A stretch of DNA of 64,000 bases from Monocercomonoides exilis PA203 (lineage: Eukaryota; Protista; Preaxostyla), in assembly GCA_001643675.2 (NCBI GenBank), contig LSRY02000004.1, forward strand, positions 682,001-746,000, in the 5' to 3' direction. Each line of letters opens with the position of its first letter. Position 1 is the stretch's first letter. Below are positions 28,944 through 40,750 of this stretch, piece after piece. Both the position numbers and the translations under genes were made by a program. The notes beneath the pieces were generated by a model that had not been told where the DNA came from, ran no database searches, and worked only from the letters and a program-made list of their open reading frames with translations.

Positions 28944-29378
28944 ATATTTTTTGCCTTACATGCCACTGTTTCGTAAATAATCAAAACTCGTTTCAAATGA
29001 TCATATCATGCTTCATTTATATCTTTGTATTATTGTTTTTAAAGTTCTGGATTTGTATTCATTTATTATAGAAGGAGGGATTTCAAAGGAAAAATTTGCC
29101 ATGAAACGATAAAAATGATATTTGTTAAGAAAGGTTCAAAAAAGTTTCAATATTTGTGTATATTTTCCAAAAACTTTGTTGCAAAATGCGCATTTTCATC
29201 ACAACTTATGCGCTTTGACAAGAAATAAAAATACAACCAAAACAACATAATTATGCAATTTTCTCAGTTCTAAATATCTTTCAAAAAGACTAATCTCAAC
29301 GTTTAATTTTCGTTCATTTGCATTTTCTTTGGCATGCCCTTTTTATATTTAAAGTGAAATATATATCAAAATTGAACC

Positions 29379-31324
29379 TTAGAATCCACCGCCGAACATC
29401 ATTCCCATTAGTCCTCCCATTCCACCCATGCTTCCCATTCCCCTCATGCTTCCCATGCCTCCAAAGCCAAATCTGCCAAATCCTCCCATCCGTCCACCGC
29501 CCATCCTTCCGAATCCTCTGTCGTCTCTCCTTCCGCCTCTTCTTCCGAATGCCCCGTGCTCTTGGAATAACTTAAACTCGGCTTCTCCTCGCTTCAATCG
29601 GACATTCATATACAAAAGCTCCATCTCCATTTGCGATACAAGCTCTTTGATGGATTCTGCAGACGAGCTCAAAGTCTCACTACGGAAGTTGGATGTTCGT
29701 GAAATAAGACGCTAAAATTGAGCATTGAAGAATGACCATTCAATTTAGATTCGATCAAGAGTTTATTAGAAAAAATAAAAAAATAAATATTTTGTGAATG
29801 TTTAAAATACCAAAAAATAAAACAAAAATATAAAGAAGAAAAATATTATTATTATAAAAAAGTTGTTTGATCACACATGATTGTGGGTGTCTACCATTGC
29901 TTGCACTTCTCCATTCATCACCAGCTGAGTCACTTTTTTTTCGATGTCTTCGAGTGTGGTGTTGAATTCATCAGCCATCTGCTTCAGGTCAACCACTTTG
30001 AAAGGTTGGATGTAGCATTTTGCACAAGATACAAATATTCTGCTTAACAGTTTTGCTGCGAAAGGCTCAAGAAGTGGAATCACACGAATAGTTTGCTTAT
30101 GACAAAAATCAGACAATTAGATGCAATTCGAGCAAACAAATAAGAGAAGAAAATAGAAAAATCAAGATCACGTTTTACGTAAATAATTTGAAAACTATAC
30201 GAACAAATTCACATTTAAACAAAAAAAATTAACGAAGATGCCCGTGCTGCTTCAAGGCAATTATTTAACTTATGCATGTATAATTTGAGTATTCAAAATG
30301 GTTTCATATGGATGCATACCTTAAATTCACTAACATTTGAAAGGCATCTTTTAAAATCGCGTTGGTAGTATGCGTCGATAGCTTCTTTCATTTCTGGAAC
30401 ATTTTCAGTCATTTTGTGAAATGTCGTGTTGTGTATAACATTATTTTTCATGTGTTGCCGAGAGAATGACGCAAGAGTGCATAGAGCAGCAATAATGGCA
30501 ATGTCAGTGCATGTAAGAAACTACGCATAAAGCAATGAATTTTCGTATTTCGAAATTTTTAAGATATTTTTATTTAATCAGAAATAAATAAATAAAATTT
30601 CCAATAAAATATTACAAACCTCATTAAAATGTCCTTCAATATCGATTGTGCATTCTAATAAACATCTTGCCGCCTGAAAGTAATCTTCGTTCCACAAATA
30701 TACAATTCCAGCTCCACATTGCGCTATGGAACTTATCACTCGATGGTCTTGTTCTGACATATCAAGAGGAGCTGAACCAATTTTCGACACAGCATTGTAA
30801 ATTAATGATGGATTGTGTCCGTACACTCCGCTTCTTATCAAATTTACACAAACTTCTAATTGTTCCTTCAAACCAGAAGTATAGTTGCTTGAAGCTGCAA
30901 AGTTTGCCTGAGCAGCCTTCCAATCTCCCATTGATAAAGCATGTTCCCCAAGCTTCACATGTGTTAAATAAGTGCCTTCTCTTTCGAGTTTGCCTTTATA
31001 AGTTGATAAATCCTCTGTAAGGCGATCCAATTCAGCCTTAGCTTTCTCTTTCATTCCATCTGTCATTGTATTATTAACAGCAAGTGAGCAACCAAGCATG
31101 CGAGCTTTTTTACAAAAGTTTTCAAACTTATCCGGATTATATCCATCTTTAAGTTCGTTGTATGCATTTTTGAGAAATGTATCAGGTATACCCTTTAAAT
31201 TAGAAGATATCAATTCAATTCGTTCTGTTTGCATATGACCCTTATATTGTGCAAGGTAGTCGCTAACTGACATTCCTAAAAGCTCTGATACTGAACTTGA
31301 AGCTGATTGTCGAGAAGATGACAT
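29379..31324 (-). CDS. CSN1: COP9 signalosome subunit 1 (RPN7-like N-terminal region plus PCI domain), multi-exon
   Basis: LGEHALSMGDWKAA…, YFQAARCLL, DIAIIAALCTLASFSR, PCI YIQPFKVVDLKQMADEF…LVMNGEVQAMVD; exons 31324-30620 and 30520-30320, then further exons to 29379. Paralog Rpn7 is less likely but not excluded. Confidence 0.78.
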
Positions 31325-32196
31325 TTTCGTATTGATCTTGAACCTTCATATTTTTTGAACATTTCACTGTTTGTTATTGAATGATTAGATAAAAATGGAA
31401 ATAAAAAATTTATTGAAAAAAAATATTTATTCGAATTATCAAAATTTATTTTATAAAACAAGGTTAATCGTATGAAATATTTGTTAATCAGTCTGATTGT
31501 GTATATTATGTATTGTTGTGTTTTAAGTTTTCAAAACAACTGTTATTTGAATAAAGTCATTTTTTTTCATCCATTCCATCTATTAGCAAAACAATAAAAA
31601 AACAAATTTATTTAGCAAATTGCAAAGGAAAAGGACATTAAAATTCAAGCAAAATACTAAATAAATCACAATTCACTTTTGTTTTAAAAATAAACATTGC
31701 AATTATTGAAAGCAGAATATTTTTTAACATAATTGTTATTTTGTTTATCACAGATTTATGTGCTTTTTAAGCGAAAAATTCCAATCTTTTCAATGCAATG
31801 AATAACAATTTGGATAATCCATGATTTTTCCCGTTATTATCAATTCTTGTTTTGCTAATATTGTTGTTTTTGAGAAAAATAGTTCCGGTTGAAAAAGCAG
31901 AGAACAAATAATGATTCGAAAAAACTTTCACTTCCAACACAGCGAAGCAATGTTGGTGATGATTAACCAAGTTTCATCCAGGAAAAAAGGGAGATATTCA
32001 GATAATTCATCATATCAACATTTCAAAAGATAAGAAAAGGAAAGAAACAACAACTGTTTTCATTTTGATAAACACTTTTCATCAACACTTATTCCATTGA
32101 ATGGCATGACGTGCAATAAAAATTAAATGCCTTAAATCATTTGTTTTCAAGAATTAAAACGAAATCACTTGAAGGGTTATTCATTATTATGAAGTG

Positions 32197-35100
32197 TTAT
32201 GCTTCTTCATTATTTTTCGTTTCGAAATATCCAGTTGGCACATTCTCTTGGTTATTGTTTTTCTCTTTTTCATTGCTCTCGCAAATCAATCTCTCATTTC
32301 TCTCATCTGATGTGTTTTCAATGCAAATCGCATCAGTCACAGTGAGCATCACAGCTCCTGGTGGAAAGAGCAGAATAAACTCTCTCTTCAAATATAGAAG
32401 CGATGGACGCTCGTTCATCTTGCTCGACAAGCACAGCTTTACAATTTCTTTAAGTGTTTGTTTTTGGATTGCTTCGATTTTTGGCCTCTCTCCATTCACA
32501 ATCTTCTGCCCTGCCACCTCTGCCTCATACTCCCCAAACGGGATCTGAAGTGTCAAACATTCCCACAACATCATCCCAATCGAAAATGCAACAGTCTTCT
32601 TCGTCGCCTGCTTCTTTGTCCCGCTCAACAGCTCAGGCGCCATCCACCTCAGGCACTCTTTTTTGAAACTATCTTCATCCTCAAATGCTGACGAGGGCAG
32701 AGAGTCACTTTCATCATCATCATCACTTGCAGATGTCACAACAGTCGATGAAGAGATGGATGATGAATCTGAGTCATCAGAAGAGAAGTCAGAGTGCATC
32801 ACAATGCATATCACCATATGTTCTGAGAACAGCACAATGTGCGGGCTCAGATTCGCAAGTGACTGAAGCTTGTTTTCCATTTCATCAAACGAGTGGAGCG
32901 CAAGATTCGCCACCAAGAACAGGATCTGTGCAGCTGTCACTTCTCTCTCTTCCAGCGATCCGATCGGCATCTCCTTTGTCTTGTTCCTTCCATGCAGCAG
33001 CATGAACAGCGAATCTCTCAGATCCACAATCAGCTTCTCATGAGGTGAAGAGCAGGCCATTGCATCCACCAGATTCGACATCGATGAGGTGGTTGGGCAA
33101 AGATCCTCCCCTCGAACAAATGTGGAATCTGAATCGGTTGTTGAAGTGGTTGAAGTGGATGAAGTGGATGAGATGGATGGAGATGGTGTTCGCTTCCTAA
33201 TCTCTTCCTCTTCATCTTTCTCCAATGCCCAATCAGGAATCTTGTCCGAATCTCTTCCAAGGATGTATTCTGTCGAACCGCTCTCACTCAAAAGATGCTC
33301 GGATGATTCAGAATGTTGCATATTCGTATCATACACCCTCTTCTTTATCCTCTCTTCATTCTTCTTCTCAGCTTCCCTCTCCGCTCTCCTCCATTGCTCC
33401 TCTGGTGAAATCTCCATCGTCACCATCTCAAATGCCTTCGGATCTTTTCTGATATTTTCATTCACAATCTCTCTCAGATCTTCTGCTTCATTCTTCACCT
33501 TCTTCCATCGAACAATGAATATTATTGATACAATTAACAGTATTACCACGATCACAATACAAACAATCAAAGCCCATGAGATTTTTACTTCTTTTCCTCC
33601 TTCAACAATCTTTTCATCATCTGTTGGTGGAATCACGCTTGAATTCTTCAAAATGAATGAATTTGTTGATGAAGGAGATTCTGCGTTTCCAAACAAAATG
33701 AGCACGCTCACCTCAATTTCATCTCCACAACTTCTGATGAGATCTTTTGCCACACTTCCTTCAACTTCTCTTTCTGACAAGAATCCATTTGAATCAAAAT
33801 CATAATGTTCAATCTCATTCTCTTCTCCCTTCCTCTTCACAACTGAGAATGACAGATTGCATGGAACAAGAAGCAATCCTTTGAATGTCAACTTCATTCT
33901 ATCTGTCTCTTCCTTTGCTTCCACACTTTCCAACACAGGAATGAAGAATGGTGAATCTCTTTCAGAAGCAATCCCTTCAAAACTGCACCCATCATTCAAC
34001 ATCCAAAGAGATGTGTTTCTCTCCAATCCATCACCTCCTTTCAAACTCATCACATTCAATGTTCCTGAATCTGAACAGACGATATTCCTTCTCAATGATG
34101 GATATCCTTCAATTGATGGATTATTGTTCTCAAATTTTCCATCATTAACAGTCATCGCCCCTCCACTGATTGTTATTCCACCTTCTGGTGAATTTGAGAA
34201 TGTTGTGTCTTTCATTATCACGGAACTCTTCACAATATCCATAAGAGATCCATCCCATCTGCACGTCTCCTCTTCCACATTCAAATACTTTTCATTTTTT
34301 CCCTTTGAACTCCCATCAAAAATGCAACTGTCCATTTTCACATCCAAACAATTTTCCAATTTCATTAATTTCCCTTTTGCTTTGTTTGAACTGACTCCGC
34401 CCATTGTGCAATTTGCCAATTGCGTTGTCTTTTTCATTGCCAAGCAAGATATCAATGATTCTTCATTTCCCTCAACTGTGATATTTTCTGTATGAAACTT
34501 CTCCATATTTAATTGTTCACTTTCATTAATATCTATCAGAGAAATTTTAATTGTTGAATTGCAAATCGTTAATGAATCAATTACAGATGGAATTGGTGAT
34601 GATAGATATACTGAAGATTTTTGAAGAATGAGATTTGACATTGTGCATCCATCAAGTTGCAATTCTCCTTTTTCCATTTTGATTATGTGAAATGGAATGT
34701 TTGCAAATTCTATATTTCCTTCTTCATTTGATTGTTTTGATGTGAATGAACAGTTCATTATCTCAAGAATCCCTCCATCCGGAGAGATTAATGATTCATG
34801 CGAAGAGATGAAATTCGAATCGAACGCAAAGTTCACTCTCATCAATGAGACTGACCCTGTTGTTGTTATCAAAGCATCTCTTGTTTTTCCAATGCTTGAT
34901 TTCACTTCAACTTCACACAAATCTCTGCTCTTTGAACTCAAACTCATTTCTTTCAGATCAATTTCTCCTCCTATCACACTTTCTTCAACAATGAATATCA
35001 GACTCAGAATATCTGAGGTCAAGTGAATCAGCCCATGATCAATTGAATAGCATGGAAGAACATTTGTTCCACATTGCTTTTCATTCGATCCACTCATACT

Positions 35101-38100
35101 GCTCACAATGATTGTGTCGCTCTGATGAATAGTCACAAATTCAATCAGATCTGTATCACTTTGGTAATCACACCTATCAATCCCAAATATCGCATTCATC
35201 CGTGAATAATAGCCCTCTCGAAGATCAAACCGAAATTGACTTTCATTGATCTGTGATGTGATGTTGAAGCATTCAATGAAAATATCATTCCCCACTTTTG
35301 CTGTGTTTGAACTGAATTTCATTCCCACAAATGTGAAATTCAATTCTCCTCTTTCCTTTGTTGCCAGATACACCCCTCCTCCTTTCCCATTGGTGCAGCT
35401 GCAACGGCTGATTGTCGAGTCAATCATCTTCATCGATCCAAATGCACCCAATGCGAAGAATATTGCTCCTCCTTTTTCACTTGTTTCTGCTTTGTCTTCA
35501 GTTATGCTGCTCTCATTCACAACTAAATCTATCTTTTTCTCACTTGCTGACTCAAAAATGCTTGCTCCATTGTCACTTCTCTTCACTCCTGAAATTGATG
35601 AATTGCTAATTTTGAGATTCATTTCCTTTCCTTCTTCATTTATCTTCAATTCTGGTTCAGATTTCTTGATTGATAAAATACATCCTTTGCTTTCATTCAA
35701 CGATTCCACTCGAACATTCACAAAATGGCAAGTTATTCCAGAATCATGAATGACAAACATGCTATCTCCAACATTGCATGATTCCATCGACAAATCACTC
35801 ACATCCACACTTCCACCAATTACATCCACAAACACACAATCAAATCCATTGTTCACTTCTGCATCTGAATGGAACGAACATCCAGTTATCACCAATTCTC
35901 CATTTTTGTTGGAAATAATTGTTTTGGCTGAGTTGTCAAATCCAGTTGTCAGTTGCAGTTGGATATTCATCAATTCAAGATGATTATAATTTCCCATGAA
36001 ATATTCCAGTTGACTTCCAATTGCTTTTTCAAAATTCAATTTGGCTTTAACATTCTCTTCTCCCATATTTACACTCTTTTTGATTAAATAATTGGACGTG
36101 TTGAACGAATCTCGAATTATTGTTGATCTTTCAATTTGAATTGTTTTCAATCCAGTCCCCATTTCCATATTTTTAATCCCTTTCCACATTGTGAAACAAG
36201 GTTCTTCCTCACTTCCACAACGTGACACATCAAATCCTTCGGATGAGATAAATATCTCAGTTGAGCTGTATGAAATCAGAAACATGAACAAATCTTTGTT
36301 TGAATGAAAATCATCACTTCCAACAAACAAATTGTTATCGCCTTTCATTAAAGAATAATTGAACTTGAATGAATCATTTGTCACTGAATTATTAAAATCC
36401 TTTCCTAAAATGAACATGTTCTTTCCAATGGCTGCTTTGTTGTTCTCAAAAGTGAGGCCAACATCAAAAAGAAATGGCTTCTCATTCAAACATTCTTGAC
36501 AATCCAAATACAAAAACCCTCCTTTTCCATTGCTCTTTGAAAGAGAACAGAAAGTTGCATTTGTTGACTTTATCTCAATTATCTCATCATCTTTCAATGC
36601 GATATTTGCATCGCCTCCTTCTTCACCGCTTCCAGTGTTCATAATGTTTGAAAAGTTGTTACTTTCAAGCAAGACAGAAGAAGATATCATCAATGGAGAT
36701 TCACCAAATGAGGATTCATCCAAACTGCATCCTTCCATTGAACAATTCAACAATTTCACTTTATATTCCTGCTCATTCTCTCCTTCATTCATATTTGCTG
36801 AGGAAAGCGAAATTGAAAACAACGAAACTGTTGATTTCACTTCTGAAATCGTGACAAATTCCAGCTCAACCATCTTTCCTGTTGATTTGATCAAGGAAAA
36901 TCCAATTGTGTTTTCCTTCCCTCCATTCACACTCATCTCACAGTTCTTCATGTGCAACTCGCCATTTTGAGTGCTCGATTCAATCACTGCTGAGATTGTT
37001 CTGTTAAAACTCGATGGAATAACAATTCCAATAAACTCAATTTCTGTTACAGATGAAGATTTCAGAACACATTCTTCGGAGCCACTCACTTCTCTTTGGC
37101 ATTCGATGCCAATAACTGTCTCGACTTTGGCCTTCACATTCATTCCCCCTGCATCAATGCATCCAGTTACAGTCGATTTTGAGCATAAAATAATTTCCTG
37201 TTTTATATTCTGTGCTCTCTTCAGATGTCCCACCCCGTAGTCCACACTCTTGCATGGCGCTTTCTCCAATCCGCAATATACCTCTTCCACTCCAGATGCT
37301 CCATCCACATATATCGCGTCAGCAAAGAAACCATCGAGAAATATAAACAAATCGACATCCCATCCACAAAATGCCTCTGTTCTGTCATGCCCAACGATCG
37401 AGTTGTCTTTCTGACTGATGCTTGTCATGAAGGCGAAGGAAGAGTCATTTACAGAAGCGGCAAATGATTCACACACGAAATACATATCTCTTCCGACACA
37501 GGCCTTGTTGGCTGAAAACACAATATTGGTGATGGAAAAGGAGGATTCCGACAGTTGCGAGCCATGATTGTACTCGATCATGAGAGCCCCGCCTCTTCCT
37601 CCAGAACTTGTATCCTCGCTCACAGAGCAGGTGGAGAAATTTGTGTTCCTCACAGAAAATGTGTTGGCAGTGGATGATGAGGCGAATGAGATGCACCCGC
37701 CATCTGTGGCAGTCTGTTGGTTTTGTGGAGCTGAGTTGATGTTGGTGATGGTGCAGTTGGCGAGGGAGAGGGAGAGGGCAGGGGAGGTGGCAGAGGAGAG
37801 GACACAGCTGGCGGGGGTGGCAGTGGAGGTGATGTGAGTGATGTTGGAGGAGTTGAGGGAGAGAGGATTTGTGAGGGAGGTGAGGTGGAAGATGCTTTGG
37901 CTGTTGAGGGCGAGACTGGTGATTGCTGTGTGGTTGAGGGCGAGGGAGCCAGCAGTGAGGAAGAAGAGGGGAGTTTTTATTGTTATGGAGGTTGTTCCGG
38001 TGATGGTGGTTGTGTTGAGATTGAGGGAAGGGGAGTTATCGGAGAGGTGGAAGAGGATGGGGGTAATTGGATTTGAGGAGTTGTGGACGATGGCGAGGGC

Positions 38101-40239
38101 GGAGACTGTGAGGGAACCCTGGGTCTGTTGGAAGAGGGCAGACGAGGCAGATGGATCTGGTGAAAAAGATGTTAATGATGATGAGGATGATGAAAACGAT
38201 GAAAATGATGATGTTGATTGTGATGACTGTGAATATGAGATTGGTGGTTGAGGAATGCCATCAGAGGATATGATGGTGGCATCTGTGCCATTTCCAGTGA
38301 TTTTTGTGTCAACCGCGCTGAAGGTGAGTGTTTGAAGAGGAACAAATGTTGAGGTGAGGAGGATAAGAGATGTATCTTGGAGTGGGATGAAGCCGCTGAG
38401 TACATACTCTATTGTTGCGCATGGGATAAGTTGTGGCCTACCGCATGCATCGATATCGATTCCATCGTTTGCAACGATTTTGTTCGAAGGGATAAGAGAA
38501 AGCCAACTGTTGTACTCATCGTTTGTCGCAGTTCCTGCATTCCATACTCGATTTGTTGGAGTTGTTGAGCCGCAATTCTCGAACGGAGATTTTATGATGC
38601 TGCTTCCATTGAAGAATACATCATTTCCTCTACCGTCAGTGGCGGAGTTTCCATCGAAGAAACAAAAAGTGATGAATTGTTCTTCATTCATCCAAGAAAA
38701 AGTTTCATCAAAGTATGCACCAGCTCCACCATATGTATTATCAGTCAGTTTGTTGTTTATAAACTGGCATTCATTGATTGTAAACTGATTTGGTTTGTTT
38801 GATGGAATTTTATAAAATGTTATTGCACCTGAGGAATTGCAACCAACATTTGCAATACATTCGCATTCTGAAAACAGGAATTGAGAATTTGCAGGCATTT
38901 TATCGAGCCAAAAGTACCATCCAGTTCCACCACTTAGCGTTGTAAAACATTTTTTGGCCAAGTTATCTGAGAATGCCCAAATAGATTCGGCTCGTGGATT
39001 CGACAAAACTGCAGCTCCTCCACTTGATGCAGAACAATTTGTGAAATTGGATTTTGAGATGTTGATTTTCATCAAACCAAAACAAAACAATGCACCACCA
39101 TGATCATTTGAAGAGCATTTGTCAAATGAACAAGATGTAATTGTAAGATTTGCTTCGGCGCATTCAACATTTAGTGCACCGCCCCAACTATCTCCGCTGT
39201 TTGAATCATTCCATTCGCACCATTCAAAGCGATGACTGTTCACATCAAACGAAGTCAATCTTCCAGGTGATTTTCTGTGAGTTTCATTTCCTTCATATAC
39301 AACAGCAGCATTTGATGAAGAACGTGTTTGGTGGAGAAAAGAGACATTGAAGGCAGAGAGAGAAGTGGAGGGGCTGTTGAGGTTGGGGAGGATGGCGCCA
39401 TCGATGGGGTTGTGGGTGTGTTTGAAGATGGTGGAGTGGATGGAAAGTGATGAGTGAAGAGATAAGAAGTGTATTGTGTTAGTGTTTGTGGTGGTAATGA
39501 ATGAGTTGTGTGTGTGTGTGTGTTTAGCAGGAATGGAGTGTGTGGATTGTGGTGCAGTGATGTTTGTGAAGAGTGCGTCCGAGAGATGGAGATCGAGGTG
39601 GATTTGGAGATGGCGATGGAGAAGGGAAGAAGAAGAGGATAATAAAGGAGAAAAAAGGAAGGGCTGGGTGAGGGAGATGAAAGAGGAGAAAGAGGAGTGG
39701 GAAATAGAGAATGAGGCAGGGGCTGGGGAGTGTATTTCTGGGAGGAGATTGTTTGGGGTGGAGAAGAGGGGGAAGGAGAAGATGGCAGGTTGAGGGGTGA
39801 TGAGGGAGAAGTTGGTGAGGGAAAGGGAGCTGTGCGAAGAGATGAAAAGTGGAGATTTTGTTGTCGGGTTGACTTGGCAAGTGGAAGAGAAGATTGCAGC
39901 AGCTGAGCGGTGTTGGGCAGTGAGGAGTGGACAACCAACGAGGGGGATGATGTTGAGATGGGCCACACACAACGAGGTGTTGATGATATTTAGACTTGTT
40001 TGAATGCTGCAAATGTGATTGTCAACTGAATTTTCATTTTTTGCTACATGAATGTCAAAATAATTGTTGTATTCTCCTTTTCCATTTTCGATGTTGATCT
40101 TGCCTTTTTGCATCTCCTCGTTCCATTTTTGATGATATGGCCTATCTGCAATGCATTCTCCATAATAGCAGTTAATAACAAGAAAAAGCAATGCAACAAT
40201 ATTGTATGCAGCTCTCATATGGGTGGAGCACCTCGCCAT
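32197..40239 (-). CDS. Giant intronless receptor-like protein A (2680 aa): signal peptide, 4 beta-helix-type modules, TM, TKL-like pseudokinase
   Basis: Module starts CGRPQLIPC, CGLEKAPC, CGSEEEPC, CGTNVLPC; GGA/FxxN motifs; TM ALIVCIVIVVILLIVSIIFIV; kinase C-lobe RWMAPELL…FSIGMMLWECLTLQIPF…CL…ERPS. Confidence 0.9.
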   Translation of the reverse strand: MARCSTHMRAAYNIVALLFLVINCYYGECIADRPYHQKWNEEMQKGKINIENGKGEYNNYFDIHVAKNENSVDNHICSIQTSLNIINTSLCVAHLNIIPLVGCPLLTAQHRSAAAIFSSTCQVNPTTKSPLFISSHSSLSLTNFSLITPQPAIFSFPLFSTPNNLLPEIHSPAPASFSISHSSFSSFISLTQPFLFSPLLSSSSSLLHRHLQIHLDLHLSDALFTNITAPQSTHSIPAKHTHTHNSFITTTNTNTIHFLSLHSSLSIHSTIFKHTHNPIDGAILPNLNSPSTSLSAFNVSFLHQTRSSSNAAVVYEGNETHRKSPGRLTSFDVNSHRFEWCEWNDSNSGDSWGGALNVECAEANLTITSCSFDKCSSNDHGGALFCFGLMKINISKSNFTNCSASSGGAAVLSNPRAESIWAFSDNLAKKCFTTLSGGTGWYFWLDKMPANSQFLFSECECIANVGCNSSGAITFYKIPSNKPNQFTINECQFINNKLTDNTYGGAGAYFDETFSWMNEEQFITFCFFDGNSATDGRGNDVFFNGSSIIKSPFENCGSTTPTNRVWNAGTATNDEYNSWLSLIPSNKIVANDGIDIDACGRPQLIPCATIEYVLSGFIPLQDTSLILLTSTFVPLQTLTFSAVDTKITGNGTDATIISSDGIPQPPISYSQSSQSTSSFSSFSSSSSSLTSFSPDPSASSALFQQTQGSLTVSALAIVHNSSNPITPILFHLSDNSPSLNLNTTTITGTTSITIKTPLFFLTAGSLALNHTAITSLALNSQSIFHLTSLTNPLSLNSSNITHITSTATPASCVLSSATSPALSLSLANCTITNINSAPQNQQTATDGGCISFASSSTANTFSVRNTNFSTCSVSEDTSSGGRGGALMIEYNHGSQLSESSFSITNIVFSANKACVGRDMYFVCESFAASVNDSSFAFMTSISQKDNSIVGHDRTEAFCGWDVDLFIFLDGFFADAIYVDGASGVEEVYCGLEKAPCKSVDYGVGHLKRAQNIKQEIILCSKSTVTGCIDAGGMNVKAKVETVIGIECQREVSGSEECVLKSSSVTEIEFIGIVIPSSFNRTISAVIESSTQNGELHMKNCEMSVNGGKENTIGFSLIKSTGKMVELEFVTISEVKSTVSLFSISLSSANMNEGENEQEYKVKLLNCSMEGCSLDESSFGESPLMISSSVLLESNNFSNIMNTGSGEEGGDANIALKDDEIIEIKSTNATFCSLSKSNGKGGFLYLDCQECLNEKPFLFDVGLTFENNKAAIGKNMFILGKDFNNSVTNDSFKFNYSLMKGDNNLFVGSDDFHSNKDLFMFLISYSSTEIFISSEGFDVSRCGSEEEPCFTMWKGIKNMEMGTGLKTIQIERSTIIRDSFNTSNYLIKKSVNMGEENVKAKLNFEKAIGSQLEYFMGNYNHLELMNIQLQLTTGFDNSAKTIISNKNGELVITGCSFHSDAEVNNGFDCVFVDVIGGSVDVSDLSMESCNVGDSMFVIHDSGITCHFVNVRVESLNESKGCILSIKKSEPELKINEEGKEMNLKISNSSISGVKRSDNGASIFESASEKKIDLVVNESSITEDKAETSEKGGAIFFALGAFGSMKMIDSTISRCSCTNGKGGGVYLATKERGELNFTFVGMKFSSNTAKVGNDIFIECFNITSQINESQFRFDLREGYYSRMNAIFGIDRCDYQSDTDLIEFVTIHQSDTIIVSSMSGSNEKQCGTNVLPCYSIDHGLIHLTSDILSLIFIVEESVIGGEIDLKEMSLSSKSRDLCEVEVKSSIGKTRDALITTTGSVSLMRVNFAFDSNFISSHESLISPDGGILEIMNCSFTSKQSNEEGNIEFANIPFHIIKMEKGELQLDGCTMSNLILQKSSVYLSSPIPSVIDSLTICNSTIKISLIDINESEQLNMEKFHTENITVEGNEESLISCLAMKKTTQLANCTMGGVSSNKAKGKLMKLENCLDVKMDSCIFDGSSKGKNEKYLNVEEETCRWDGSLMDIVKSSVIMKDTTFSNSPEGGITISGGAMTVNDGKFENNNPSIEGYPSLRRNIVCSDSGTLNVMSLKGGDGLERNTSLWMLNDGCSFEGIASERDSPFFIPVLESVEAKEETDRMKLTFKGLLLVPCNLSFSVVKRKGEENEIEHYDFDSNGFLSEREVEGSVAKDLIRSCGDEIEVSVLILFGNAESPSSTNSFILKNSSVIPPTDDEKIVEGGKEVKISWALIVCIVIVVILLIVSIIFIVRWKKVKNEAEDLREIVNENIRKDPKAFEMVTMEISPEEQWRRAEREAEKKNEERIKKRVYDTNMQHSESSEHLLSESGSTEYILGRDSDKIPDWALEKDEEEEIRKRTPSPSISSTSSTSTTSTTDSDSTFVRGEDLCPTTSSMSNLVDAMACSSPHEKLIVDLRDSLFMLLHGRNKTKEMPIGSLEEREVTAAQILFLVANLALHSFDEMENKLQSLANLSPHIVLFSEHMVICIVMHSDFSSDDSDSSSISSSTVVTSASDDDDESDSLPSSAFEDEDSFKKECLRWMAPELLSGTKKQATKKTVAFSIGMMLWECLTLQIPFGEYEAEVAGQKIVNGERPKIEAIQKQTLKEIVKLCLSSKMNERPSLLYLKREFILLFPPGAVMLTVTDAICIENTSDERNERLICESNEKEKNNNQENVPTGYFETKNNEEA

Positions 40240-40504
40240 GAAAGAAGATGAAAGAAAAAACAGAAAATTAAAAATTTATGCGCCCTTAATTTATTGAAAA
40301 GTGTTATAAAAATGAGGAAAAATGATTGCAGTTGTGAAAAATACTGTAATTTGTTTCAAATAATTTATTCAACCTTATTATTATTTGTTTTCCATAACAC
40401 TGCGAAAAAATACAGAAAAGTCTAAAATAGAAAAAAATATATGATAATATTGAGAGGAACAAAATTCATCATGCTTAATACTTTTTAACCATTTGCTCTG
40501 TGAG

Positions 40505-40506
<2 letters not shown>

Positions 40507-40552
<46 letters not shown>
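40507..40552 (+). repeat. Poly(T) tract, 46 nt
   Basis: Seen directly. Confidence 0.95.
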
Positions 40553-40558
<6 letters not shown>

Positions 40559-40750
40559 AACTTTCGTTCGAGTTTTGATCAAAGTTTTTATCTCAATGGG
40601 ATTGTGAAAAGAATAATTACTCTTTAAAAAACATCATCGTGTGCAATATGTGTTAACAGTTAAAGATCAATTTTTCGAAAATCCCATGTAGATTACAATT
40701 TTGATCAAAACACGAACGAAAGAATGATTTCGAAAAGGTTTGGCCATATA
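40553..40750. repeat. Foldback/MITE-like element, second copy
   Basis: Arms 40553-40610 and 40672-40730 are imperfect inverted repeats (CTTTCGTTCGAGTTTTGATCAAA / TTTGATCAAAACACGAACGAAAG); the reverse complement aligns to ~14736-14895. Confidence 0.7.
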
